From Auanema rhodensis (lineage: Eukaryota > Animalia > Nematoda), in NCBI GenBank assembly GCA_964057225.1, contig OZ059895.1, forward strand, positions 14,756,001-14,820,000: 64,000 nt of DNA, read 5' to 3'. This document shows, piece by piece, positions 1 through 14,150 of this stretch. Below the pieces are notes generated by a model. It had not been told where the DNA came from and did not search any database. It was given only the letters and a program-made list of their open reading frames with translations. Made by a program: the position numbers and the translations under genes. The number at the start of each line of letters is the position of its first letter. The first letter of the stretch is position 1.

Positions 1-434
1 TCTTAATACCATACAGCTTTAGAACTTTAAAAGGGCATAACCATATAATATATCTTATAGATTGATTTTCATCTTATTTATGAAATCATAATAAGACGAA
101 AAAACAAAAGTTTCATTCATTTTCTATCAAAATTCATTAGAAAGTTAAAAGTATAGAGAACTAAAGCCTCTGGCACATTCGTCATATTGTCAGAATCTCA
201 AGCATACCAACTCGATATGAACTAAAAGGCTTAAAAGCTGCTCAAGAAATTTTATAAATGCTTCGTAGATAGTCTTTTCTAAATTCTTAAAATGTCATAA
301 AACTTGAAAAAGATTCCGGGAGGTTTTAAGGAAATTGATGGGCAACCTCCTCGCATTCTCCAACTACAACTTTTGCTTAACAGCATTGGGAGATATACAC
401 AGTGGATGCTAATAATCGTATAACTCTACAGAAG

Positions 435-436
435 AA

Positions 437-479
<43 letters not shown>
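435..479. repeat. (GA)n microsatellite
   Basis: Direct GA run; one of many in 1-16.6 kb. Confidence 0.95.
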
Positions 480-2463
480 AAACTCATATATTGGAATAAG
501 CTTAAGAACAAGCTTGAAGAAAAAATATAAAAAATGAATAAAACTGAATGTATTTGACGCCCATTTGGCTAAGGGAACAGAGAGTAAAGGTGTTCGTTTG
601 AAAGAGAGATAGATAGAGACATGAAATGTGAAGAGAATTAGTTTGATGTGTGTTTGTTTCTTATCATAGAGCCTATACATACACTGGAAAAGAGATTGCT
701 CTAGGGCATATTAGGATGTGAAATCAAAGCTTCTCTATACTTTTCAATGACGCGCAATGACTTTATCAACTTTGTGTCCAATCATTTTATGCCCTTAACA
801 GCACAAACGTTTTTAAGTGGAAAAATAGTAAAATGGTAGAGAAGACTAAATGATATGAGAATAAGTTTGAACTTGAGATCAAAACTCAATTTGGGTGTGA
901 AGACGATGTGTTATACTAGTATAGAGCATAAATGAAGTTACAACTTGATACAAACTTGAATGCCTATACAATGGTACAAAGCTCAGCATTAAGAGGCATA
1001 TATAGCAAATTATTTATGAAATAGTTATACGGTAATCTTATTTTTGAAAAAAAAAAGGAAAAGTAAAATATGGAGCAATAACATGAATAGGAATATACAT
1101 TCATACATGTATGCAGAGAAAAGCAGGGATGCAACCGCTCGTGCTGTCTTTCAGATCAAAAATGAAATGTTGTTGCACGTACGTGAATTCGTTTTCACGT
1201 AAGTAGCACGTGAAGATTGAAAATATAGGCTGGTTGGCAATGAGAGGTGAGACTTACTCAGAAGTGAATTTATCGTAATCATGATGTTGCTCATCTAGCC
1301 TCACCCCTCAGCACGTGAGAATAGTTGGAGAGAAGTGTGGAGGTAGGGTTGGGAGGAATGAGAAAGGTTGCACACAGGGCAGGAAGAACAAAAAAAATGT
1401 GAAATAACATAGAGATAATATAGGAAAAGTGGAAGAGTAATAAAGAAAATAGAGAAAGAATAGTGTGCGAAGGGAAACAAACAAAGACCCGGATTTCTGG
1501 ATGCTGGAAAAGCACACTAAACAAGTTAACAAATTTCAAAACACTGCTATTCAAACAAAAATACAAAAAGTAACTGTAGAAGTGAGAAAGTGCGCATGAG
1601 GCAGGAGAGAAATCAAGTTGGTTGCGAGGTAGAGAGAGAGAGAGATGAAGAGAGACAGAGAGAGAAAGAGAGAAAAAATAGGAAAAACACAGCAACTGAA
1701 AAAGCTTTCTATCCCTTAGATTACCCTTCATTCCCCCCCCCCTCCACCCTTCTAACTCCCCCCCCCCCCTTCTCTCTAGTTGCATGTGCCAGTTGGGCAC
1801 AGAAGATTCATTCATACAAAACAAAATGATAAAATTTGGATGAAAAAAATGAACTTTTTTTGCCAAAAAAAGTTTTTGACGAAGGGAGAAGAACAAAAAC
1901 GATTTTGTCAAGTTGGTGTCAACGAAATAAGGGCCATTTCATGAAAAATGATAGATAGAATGCTTCAAGGCAAGGCGTTAAGCTGCCTTCTTTCATGTTA
2001 TCAGCAAAATCACCAAAATTCATCGTTTCTATCATATCATAAGGCTTCCAACTTAACCGTAAACTAGCCAAAGTACATAGTGAAAGTGAAATTTTTTCAA
2101 AGCTATATATCTATATGACCATACTGTGTATAGAACATTATCAATGAATGAAAGCAGTAAGTGCTAAAACTTCTGGAAGTAGATTCTGAATCAGTGCCAT
2201 CAGGACCATCAAGAGATGAGATTCATATGAGAACAAAAGCAAAAAGTTAATCATAAGAGCATCAACATCATCTGAAGCAGGGTCATGCTCGACTGAGAAC
2301 AACAAAATCGAGCAAAAAGCTGAGAGATTGAGCAAACGAAGATCAGAAAAAAAGTGAAAAACATTCTCATCTGGAGGCTGATTTGAATCTGTTGAATGAC
2401 AATAGAGCAACATGGTAGTGGTTGTACAAATCTTTATAGAGGGTCAGATTTGAAGAAAAGAGT

Positions 2464-2467
<4 letters not shown>

Positions 2468-2519
<52 letters not shown>
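2468..2519. repeat. (GA)n microsatellite
   Basis: Perfect GA run of ~50 bp. Confidence 0.95.
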
Positions 2520-2524
<5 letters not shown>

Positions 2525-5500
2525 GGGAAAGGGGGGTGGCGTGAGGAAGTGAGGGATGTTGGTAATAGCGAAATGAAAACACAAATTGATTATGGCGAAA
2601 GAGAAAGGATGAATTTCTCTACCTTCTCTGTACCATACTTGCCCTCTTTTCACATCTTTCCACTCTTTCTCTGAAGCATAGTCTACCCTCCCAGATGTTT
2701 CTTGTAAACGTCTCTATTGAAAGTAAGAGGGAACTAAAATAAACAAAAATATTTGCGTAAGTTGATGATCGCAGGAGGTGCGCAAGAAGAGAGAGAGAGA
2801 GGGAGAGAGAGAGAGAGAGAGAGGGAGTTAAGAGGAAAAGAAGAACAACACAGCTGGGCCATGTTAAAAATAATTGCAAAAAAAAAAGAAAAAATGCAAA
2901 GATACAAGATTTGAGCTAAAAAATTAACTGATATTTTAACATAACACAAAAACTTGATGCTGGTAAAGATTCAGCGAACAGATAATGAGATGTTTCTACG
3001 AAACTGCTTGATGGGTCATCCTACAGCCTAAGTTTTAGAGAGCATTTCGATGAGATAACGGTTGGCTGCACGGATTTCAATCGTTAAGTTGGGCCTGGAA
3101 GATACCAGATACCACATTGTGCGGTAGAGGATGATACATAGGAACGGCTATTACTGCTAACACGACGACGACAACTTGATAATTTGAGGAAAAACGCTGT
3201 CAGAGCATCATCAAATCTTCAGAAGGTCATGGAAGAAATGGAAAAACGGTGAAGTCGTTCTGTAGATAGCTCTTTCGACAACTGAAGTTAAGTACACACA
3301 AGGGTACGATAGGATTGGCAGGTCCGGTCAGGCGAAGCTTCAACATTTTCAATCAAGTTCATAGTACTCTGGCACTATAGGACATATAGTGTATTTAACA
3401 AAACTTTACAGAAATAACTCTATGAGAGAGAGATGATCTAGTGGTTGTGTGTACAAAGAAAGAGAGAACGAAAGAGGGAAAGATAGGAGAAAGTAGCAAA
3501 GTGAGGATATGGAAAAGAAAAAGAAGCGATCGAGCACCAAGTTGGCAGAAGAGAGTAAACCAGCTAGAATCATCCAAAAGTCAAGAGAAAAGGGCAGTTG
3601 ATTGAATGGAAAAGCTGTAGGTGATGTTCAGCTGCTTCTCCTTTCTAATACTACCATAACCCTTTGGGGCAAGAGAGGGATTGAATTGGTCGAAGAGAAG
3701 GAGAGCGGAGAGAGGGAGAGAGGGAAGGATGGAGATAGAGAGAGAAAGAAGTAGTGAGGTAATTAGGGCTAAAGAGAAGACGATAAGGATGAAGAAAACA
3801 GAAAAAAAGAGTTGGTTCAGTTGACAAGCCACAAGTAGTAAGAACAAAGGAGGGAAGAAGAAGATTGAGAGAGATAGAGAGAGAAGAATAAAGGGATAGA
3901 GAGATTAAAAGAGGAGGTAGACGTTGTAGAAAGCCGAAAGACAAAACATGCTTTTGACTTGTTTATGATCGGAAAGATGTGGATATGGGAGGGAGAGAAG
4001 GATGGTGGAAAGAGAGAAAATGCAAAAGAAAATGGCAGAAGAGCGATGAGATAGAGATTTCGACATTGACTGCAAATAGTTTGTCGGCTACTACTGCTAA
4101 GCCCATTTCATGAAGCAATGAACCTCCAGATGTTTTACCTTGTCATCATATCTTTGCTTCACGTTCATCATTCATTTTGTATATCAGGTGGCTACTCAAG
4201 CTTCCAAGCTTCTATGAACAGTCGGAGCGCCTTGAGATAACGCTAGGCAATATGGATATCGTTGTGCAAACAGGCTGATGATAGGAAATAGTAGATAAGA
4301 AGCGAACAGGAAGCCCATAATAGCCATCCAGTAATATTCCATTCACGAGAACCGTTCAAGACAATGAACGGTCCAATCGGTTGAGGTCGTTATTCCCGGA
4401 AAAGCGCCAACATTTTTGTTATTTGTTGACTCAGATCGTGTGTCTATGGGCTGCTACTACTGCTCTCGGATTTGTTTGATCATCTTCTATCATCTCGCAC
4501 AGTCTCTATGTGTTCGACTATTTTTCTTTTTTCTCTTATTAGCTGATCAGACAGAGTAAAGCGTTCATGAGAGATGTTATGAAGTTCTAGAGAGAAAGAG
4601 AGATGGAAGGATTGCAAGGGTTACCCAGCCTACTAACTTAAATACAGTTACAATAACAATGAGAAGGGGAAAATGAATGAATAGAGTTAAAGAAATATAG
4701 GATGAAAAGAGACAAACTAAAGAAACATTATGTGAAAGAGAGAGAGATAGAGAAAGAGAGAAAGAGAGAAACATTGTATAACAGGAGAGCAGTTATTGTG
4801 AGTATGGATAGCCTCACTGTTTCTCTAGTTCTCTCTTCAATTCTTCACGTTTTTCATCATTTTTTCAGTGATTTTACCGCATACTGTCTATGTGTATGCA
4901 TGTGTGTGTGTGTATGTGATCGGTCTTGTCAATACCGAAATTGCAAAATATTTGCGACTTTTCGTCCAGCTATCTCTAACAAATAAAAAAAAAGAAAAAA
5001 AGGCTGGGACATGTTCTTCTACTAGTTTAGATTTTCTTGGAAACAAAAAGAAATATCTTTGAAAAAGACTTCAAGACGGTCGAGAAAGTAGAGAGAGAGA
5101 GAAAGAAAGAGAGAGAGAGAGAGAGGGAGAGAGAGAGAAAGAGAGAGAGAAAAGAAGAAGAGCGGGCGAAGGTTGAGAAAGAGAGGCAAAAATAGCTTCA
5201 GAAGAGGATGAGATATTACTGTAAGAAGTGAGCTTCCTTAAGTAAATTAACAAAGAAAAACTTGATTGCACTTAGATTGACAAGCATTATCAGCCAAACA
5301 TGCCTATATATTGGCATATATGTATATGTACCTGTCATGTTTTTGCCAAGCATAGCGATGAAATCTCAAATATTTCTCTATAATCACTCAAATTCAGAAC
5401 AATTTTCTCCCAAAGAAATATAATTCGCCCTTTTATAAAAAAAGAAGAAGAATAATGATAAGGTTGAAAAGATTGGCTTGATTGGCAGCAAGATGCAAGC

Positions 5501-6058
5501 CTTTTGACAGCACCAGATTGAGCTCAAAACTGTAATGATAAGAAGAGGAAACGAAACTTTCTACTAACAAAAAAAAAAGAAAATTTTGAGAAAAATAGGG
5601 AGAATACATGGAATATGAAACCGAAAATATAAAGAAAACATCATCATCATCGTATCAAAAATTGATAATAAGACATTACGTGAAGTTTCACGTGAAAGTT
5701 CACGTGAGCATATACGGCTTTACGTGAAAGTTCACGTAAGTCAAGTGTGTAATTTTTAAAAAAAAATTTAAAATGAATTTACCTTGATTATCACTTGATT
5801 TGAGTATTATGAAGTATGATACATGAAAATTTTCAAAAGACCTTAGAGTTTTCCTGAAAAAAATGGAAAATTGAAGGAACAAGAAATGAATGAACAACGT
5901 CTCGAATCTTGAGAAATTCTTTTTTTCAAAGAAAAAAAAAAGATTTTACATTGAATAGGCAAAAGCTTAATACATGTATTTCATACAATAACTAGTGATA
6001 CATGACAGAGAGTATATATGATGAAGCATTAAATATGAAAACTTTATTCAGGAGAAAG

Positions 6059-6061
<3 letters not shown>

Positions 6062-6123
<62 letters not shown>
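6062..6123. repeat. (GA)n microsatellite
   Basis: Perfect GA run of ~60 bp. Confidence 0.95.
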
Positions 6124-6127
<4 letters not shown>

Positions 6128-7577
6128 AAGTCTCTTTTCTTCTGTTCCGTCGTCAGTTATTGAATGACATAATAAAGGATAAGGTGTCGATACAAAACAC
6201 AAAAATGAAATAATTTTTATTGAAAAATCAATAAAAACTATTATACTAATTATACTGTATAGTTAGCGATAGTTTACATCATGCAGCTTGTGTAAGTGAA
6301 TATTGGAGAGTGACAGAAGTGAATGATAGAAGGCAAACCAATGAAATGGGATGGGCTGGGCTGGGGGCTCGATGGAATACAACTTCAGAGCAAAGCCTGC
6401 TGTTGGATAGGCTACCGTATTGTGGATGGGATACAAATGACAAAGTAGATACATAAAGCTTAGATAGCAAGAGAAGAAAAACCTTTTTTTTTCTACTAAA
6501 GAGGGTAAGAGGGCAAGAGGGTGGGAGAGAGAGAAAGAGGGAGAAGTAATGTCGAAAACAAAAAGCTTGAAAAGCTGTTCATATTCTGAAATGCTCGTTC
6601 TGATGTATTCTTGTTCATCTTCTTTTAGCTTTTTCTTTAAAGATATTAGCTATTACCAAGTATTTATCCTTTAAATGGCAAAAAAGGCAAAAGGGAGGGC
6701 TTAGGCTGATCGTTAATTCATTCCGTTTTGAGGCGAGTAGGAGAAGAGGATGGGATGGATGGATTGCCGGTGAGCTACACTACTGCTGTTGCTGGTGTCG
6801 TTGGTGCCATGGGTGGCAAGGATAGTAGAGGAATAGCTTCTTCCCCGTCATTTTTCCACGCAAAAGGACCAGAAGCCGTTCAAGACAGCAAAATCTCTTT
6901 TAAACGTAAATACTAAGAAATGCTGAGGCTAAATTGGTTAAAATCGTGCTCGAGGTGTATGATGGCTGCACAGAGCTTTCTACTTGAAAAACGAAAAAAA
7001 ATCTCAAAAAGAGAAAAGAAAATGGGGGTAAAGAGCTTAAGAGAGAAAATTGATTAAATATTCCAAAATACAGTGAAAGACAGAACAAGAGGCAAGAGAG
7101 AGAAAGAGAGCGAGATAGAGAGAGCGAGGGAGATAGAGAGAGAAGGAAAGAGCAGCTGAATAATGAGAGGAGTTTTGACTAAACTGCAACTCAGGCACAA
7201 CACAGGCTTAGCTAGTCCATTTACAAAAGGAGTAAAAGACTTCAGAAGTAAAAAATGGAAGTAGTAGAAGAAGTAGAAGACGATGATGAACAAGAGGAGA
7301 TGAAGCCGTAGAAGCAGAAACTCACTGAGAGGTTCCATTTTCCTATAGTTGTATGAATATAGATGACAAAAAAAAGGTTTTTTTTGTATTCAGTTTAAGA
7401 CATTCATTCGTATTGTCTCTGCTTTAGATCTTCAAAGTAAAAGCAAAAAAGTAAAAACTTAAACATCTATTTTAGTTTTTAAAAAAAAAAAAAAGAATTT
7501 AAGATGGAAAAGCTTGGTAGATGATGAAAACGAGGAGAGGTGAATGATGAAGAGGGGTCGTGAAACTAAGGAACTAT

Positions 7578-7653
<76 letters not shown>
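7578..7653. repeat. (GA)n microsatellite
   Basis: Near-perfect GA run of ~75 bp. Confidence 0.95.
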
Positions 7654-7656
<3 letters not shown>

Positions 7657-10301
7657 TATAATAGAGAGAAACGATATCAAGCTAGATAGGCAGGTGTTGA
7701 ACAGTAAACAGGTAGAAGAAACTAGGAGGCGCAAGCGGGCATGGAGTGGTGGTGGAGGGGAGGAGGGGATCATATGGTATAAACTATATAGGATATGATG
7801 TTAGATATGTGTAATTGAAATGTGTATTCCTTACTGTATTTCCACTAAAATCCAACATTTCTGACGATCATCTCTCTGTTCAACTGTATATAAGCTGAAT
7901 ATACTACTATAACCTATTAGAGAAAACGGGAAAGAAATAGATTTATCCCCCCTGAGGCTGTATACTACTTGATACAGTTGTATGTGTATGTGTTGTTTCC
8001 TACTATGTAAGGAGCAACGTGGGCGTTATAATGATGTTGCTTAGCTTCATTTCAACATCAGGTTACAATCCAGTTCTACTTCCTTACTATGTCTCTCTAT
8101 CTTAGCAATAGATTCATTTTACTTTTGTATTCAAGCCAAGCCAAGCCAAGCCAGCCATTCAGCTATCCAGCCCACCACGCCAGCTATCCCTTTCCCTGTC
8201 TTCTGGCAGAGCTGGTAATGTGGCAGATTGAGATACAACAAACAACATATAAAGAAATGAAAAGAAAGGATGAGAAAATGACTGCATCATTGCTACAGAA
8301 GAGAGAGAGAGAGAGAGAGAGAGAGGGTGAAGAAATGGTTGGTCAGCATGTAATCTAACTAGACGACCGTCTTCATCATCATCAGCTATCCTCTTCTTTA
8401 TCCGAACTAGCCTGCTTGTTGGCTAGTAAGAGAAGCAACCCAGTTAGCAACAACAACAACATCCAACACAACAAACTGGTCATTGGAACCATATATGGCG
8501 TGTCCCAGGAAAGAAGTTTGCAAGTAGCAGACAGTCAAAAGGCGAAAAGGAGTTCTTAGCTAGTAGATTGTACAAGAAGGAAAAGACTGATGATGAGGAA
8601 ATAGCTGAGAGTAGAGTAATGTAGTTGCAGAAAGAGGAAGAAGAAGAAGTAGAGAAAGAATAGATGGATATAGCTTCGGATGGAAGAGCATGACGATGAC
8701 GTCGACGACAACGACGACGATGATTGCCGAAATAGACGACATTCAACTGGTTACAAAGCTTACCAAACAACGCATTACATGGATTGGTAGAGAGGCGGTC
8801 CTCACAAGTTGCCTGAGGCAAGAAGCTTTAATGGATATGTGAAATACTCAAATACTTCACAATAAACATACAAAAGCAGAGATAGTAATAGCAATAGTAG
8901 TAGAAATAGTATCAACTAGTTCAAATAGAACAACGAAATAACCAACGAATATGGATTACGGTGTAACTTGAGTGCGAAAATAAGAAAAATTGTTGAAGGA
9001 AATTAGAAATACTTCAACTTAGGAACAGCATGATGAAGAATATTAGATTTTACATAGATGGGATGGAGTGAAAGCATAAGAGCAACATCAGTGTGTGATA
9101 ATTCGTTAATATCTCATCCGCTCTCATCGTTCTACCGCTTATTCGCACGAGCAATTGCTTCTAGTCAGGCCACTGGGCAACGTGGATATACGAGTTGATG
9201 ATGTTAAATGAAATTCAAAATACCGTAGTCAGAATGTTGTAGACCGTATGCTAATGTTCGAAACGTTGGAGAAGAGAGAAGGAGTGAGAGAAAGAAAGAT
9301 AGAGAGAGAGAGAAGGAAAGGGAGAGATAGATAGAGAGAAATCAACGGAATACATTGCTTAGGCGGAAAAAGAGCTTGGAATACAAAAGATGTCAGTTTC
9401 AACATGTAAGAAAAGTATGAAGTTTCTTAATCAAGAAAGTTTTAAAGAATAAAATTGAAAAATACATATAATGCTCGAGGCCGTGATAAGATGGAGTGGA
9501 ACAACGAATAGAAGTAAGAGAGATGAAGAGAAAAAGAAGAAGAGAGACAAAATGAAAACAACGGTAAGAGAGACTCTCTCTCTTAAAAAGATATGAAAAT
9601 CAGAATGACATGGATAGCAAAAGCATCGAAAATGCTGATAAGCTCCTGTCGGACTATAGAGGAACAGTTTTTCCTGTGTTCAACACGGCAGTCAAAGCAC
9701 ATTAGATATCTATGATTATAGAATATAAAGTAGTGTTATGTGTTATGTGTTTGATGATCTTATAAAGAAAATCAATGAAACATCTTAATTTGGGAAATAT
9801 TTACAATAATAGAAGAGAATTTAACTATTTGATTACGTAAATTATCACAAAAAATAAGAAAATACTAACTGAAAAGGTAGAGAGAGAGAAAGGGAGAGAG
9901 GGAGAGAGAGAGAGAGAATAAGAGAGTGAGAAAGAGAAGAAGCGAGCTTAATCATCGTGCCATACTTCTCTTTCTCTCTCTCTCTCTCTCTTGTATCAGC
10001 CGTATTGTTCAGCTGATATGGCGCAGAACCATCCCCCCTTGCCTGCGCACAACTTGAGCATAACTTTGAAGCTTTAAAATTTGGAGGGAGTGAAACTTTT
10101 GGAATGTGAGTGATAACAAACTTCAAAATGAAATCTTGCAATTTCGTCTCCAACGTTTCATTACATCATCACGTGTTTACCTCCTACATGAATGCTAATT
10201 TCACGTAAATGTTCACGTTTTCACGTATATCGGCTATGTAGCATGCATATACATGCAGAAGAGTCAATTTGACGTATGTAACACATCTAGAGAGATGAAG
10301 C

Positions 10302-10342
<41 letters not shown>

Positions 10343-12037
10343 ACGATAGGGGAGGATGGACCGTGCGGACGGTACGCAACGGTTGTCCATTAAGAAGCGT
10401 TTTCGCATCCATTTAAAAGTTCTCAATACAGCATTTGTATACAAATCTTATATTTCGGGTAAATAATTGACTTTTATAGTTTTCGTTTTTTGTTTTTTTT
10501 TGTAGAAAAATGAAAAAAAAAATGTTTTAAACAACGAAAACTTTCATTTAAAGCATGAAGAATAGTTGATAAACAATGCTCAAAACTAGTCAAAAACTTT
10601 TAGAATTATAAAACTGATAGCAAAGCTTAAAAACGATAAGAGATTATAGCTGAAAATTTAAAAATTATCAAAAATCTATGTGTATACACATATATCTATT
10701 TATAATATTCCATATAAAGTAAGGTATAATCTTCAAAAAAAGTTTATATACTTACATCTATAGATCTTCTTATTCTATTATTATTATTATAATTAAACTA
10801 ATTATATTAATATAGTATTAAATTATATCAAAAAAGATTAATCTTTGCAAAAAGAGAAAAAAAGAAAAATTCTAAATAGCAAATTTCACGTGGTTTCAAT
10901 GATTTTAGTTAACTATATGATATAGCATGGTAAGAATGTCTTCTGAGAATCAAGTACTACTCAGACACATTAATCGAACAACAGGCAGAGAGTTCGTTGT
11001 TGTGTAGAAGAGGGGGAGGAGGGAGAAGGGGAGGAGAACGAAAAAGGGGGGGGGGCTGGTTGGTGGGTGAAGGGAGGAGGACGAGGGGGCGAGGAGGTTG
11101 GGAAGGAGAGGTTTAACATCATGAGATATAACATAGATAGAAGGACGTTTATGAATTAAGATATGAGAGAGAAAGAGATATGAAAGAGGATTCAGAAGTA
11201 GTTTTTGCTGCCGTGGGAACAGACAGTCCGATAGTTTGGGATCATTTGAATTCACAACTTCATCATCAACGTTTCGATCAAAAAAAAAACTGATTGGTAG
11301 AGAGGCACATTAACGGTATTTGATGTCCTTCATGCGTCATGTTCTAATAATTATCCATTGAACTTCAGAATAAATCATAATGAATACTGATATCATGTTG
11401 AATATGCTTAAGACACATTGATTAAGAACATTATATTCAAATATTATACATATTAGCCGTTAACTATATCATATAATTTATATAATATACAATGAAATAT
11501 TATAAATTTGTTAAAGAAGTTAATATGATTGAATGAAGGAGAGAAAGTCAAGTATAGCAACCGTTCAATGCTTGTGCAGACAGAAGAAATGATTGTGATT
11601 CACGTGAAAGTCGCACGTGTAACAACACGTGTAATTCTCAGATGATGCATATTCAGATTTACGTGAATGATGCAACAAGAGCTACGTGTATCCGTGTATG
11701 AGTATGTATGTCTGCTAATTTGAAACGTTTTAATTATTTTTCGACATGTTTCCATTAAAGATATGTTTCTGAAAAACATTTTCGACGAAAAAAAAACTTT
11801 TGAGCAGCGTGACTGATGTTTGCTCGCTGTTACATTGAGAAGGAAAGGAACGGTATCACTTACGGTGAGAGAAAAAGAGGTCAAAATGACTTCGTCGATT
11901 GTTCGCTTCGAGGCTTTTCATTGAAAGCAACTTTGAAAAGTTTCAACTTTGTCTCTTCGATCATCGACTTTTCGTTTGTCGAGCCTTTTTTGACAATCAG
12001 CATTTCACTTTTCGCTGTTGCTCAGTCTCTTTCTCTC

Positions 12038-12083
<46 letters not shown>

Positions 12084-14072
12084 CTTCTTCTTCTTTCTAC
12101 ACTCAAACCACGACTCCTTGTCCGGGCACGACAATGATGGCGATAGGATCTCAGGAGGCTAAGTTTCAAAGACAAACATCAAAAATGTGTCTCATTGCTT
12201 GTTTGTTTGTTTATATGAAAAAAGCTGGTTAGATGAGCAGCGTGGTTTGAAGACTAAGAGGGATTGAGAAGTAGAATTGATCGAGAGAATCAACAGTATA
12301 TGACCATATTGAAGAGAATAGAGAGATATCAGACCAATCATACTAAATATGAGAGATAATGGGATGAATAGAGAGAAAGTTTCAAAGAATAACTAAAAAA
12401 AGAGACGATGATGATGATGATCTTCTTGTGGATTGAAGGACTATCAGAAAAAAGCGGACAACTCCTTAGCCTAGTGAACTTTACAAAAATTTCCTTTTCC
12501 ACATGATTACTATGCTGATGTGAAATTTTAAAAACGAAATCAAGTTTCTTAGCTATATGTATAGTTAAAGATTAAATATATACATATGTAAAACTTGCGC
12601 TATAAGACATAATTAGATTATAATATGAGGAAGTGGAGCGTAAGTTCAAGCTTGATCACATCAACATATACGAAGAATGGATGGGGGAAGAGATATACAA
12701 ATTATGAAAATTATAAGTTGACGTTTAAGGAAGAGCTGAAAATGAATGCAAAGGCTTGCTGAATTGAACTTCCAAAACTGTCCAAGTTGGTCATTGCGTC
12801 AAATCAAACAGGTAGAAAGCAAGTAGAAAATAAGGAGAATGAGAAAGTAAGATGGAAAGAAGAAGTGCCAGAGAACAGTTCGATGATATATAGAATAAGA
12901 GAGAGAGATAGAGAGGTAAAGAGAGATATATAAAGAGAGATAGAGAGAGAAAGAGGGTGGTAAAGAGATCGGATCTAAAGTGCACGAAAGAAACGAATGA
13001 ACTGAGCTGGAAATGCGAAAATGCGCGAAAAGCAAATAAATGAAAAGCAGCATTATCAAACCTGGCCGAGTGCAGGTCAAAGTTACAAAAAAACGTGAGG
13101 AGAAAGAAAGAAAAAACGGAGAAATGGTCTGACTATCGGTCTGGACATGAGAGATGAAGAGAGATAGTCGGAGTGAAGTAAAAGGAATGAAGAATTGAAT
13201 AAACATGAGGAAACAATCCGAAATTTAATGAAACTTTCTTTTCAAAATTCAGCGTACACGAGCTTGAAAAGAGCTTAAAAAACTGTGAAATATGTATAAA
13301 GGTTGTAGTAAGATGAGATGGAGGGGATTCTAACAATGACTTGAAGAGGTAGTGTTGAAACATTACAAGCTAACAGCTAGCAAGCATGGAGAATAAGAAT
13401 ATATCTTGTTCGGATATAAAAAAGCAGACAAAAAAGAAAAAGAAGAAGAGAAAAACAACTAGCTTCATCATCATCTTCTTCTTTTTTTCTTACTACCACC
13501 ACGTTGCAATAAACTTGAAAGCCGGCTTAGATAGATAGCCATATATCTAGCTTAGCTCCACCCACCATTATGTCATCTTTTAGCTCCGCCCATTTAGTGT
13601 ATATGTGATGTTTATGAAAAATAATGGACTTTACCTTTATGATGTGAAACACAAGAAAAGGCTAGCTGGATGAGTGAAGAAAACAAGGAGATGTGTGTAT
13701 GCTTGTGTGTGTGTGTGTGTGTGTGTATGATAGAGAGAGAGAGAGAGAGAGACTGGGGCCTGGAACGCTAAGTGTGAGTGAAGGAACTGTAGAGCGTGAT
13801 GGCTTGAAAGCTAAGGAAGAAGCTTCACAGCTAGCTTTGTTGTTCAGTGATGTGAGGATGAAGCACATGGCATAGATGAAGAGATGCGCACTAGAAGAGG
13901 ACGACGATTACATGCGATTTGGTGGACAATGAACATTTACAATCAAGGAACTGTAAGAGAATTGTGACAAAACATCCGAAGGTATTCAAGCTTATAGCCG
14001 ACGTGTTGATGGATGCTTTGAACAAGACGAACATGAGGCTAGATGAGGAAAAGATGTTCTAGAGATTGTCAC

Positions 14073-14075
14073 AGA

Positions 14076-14150
<75 letters not shown>
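14073..14150. repeat. (GA)n microsatellite
   Basis: Near-perfect GA run. Confidence 0.95.
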
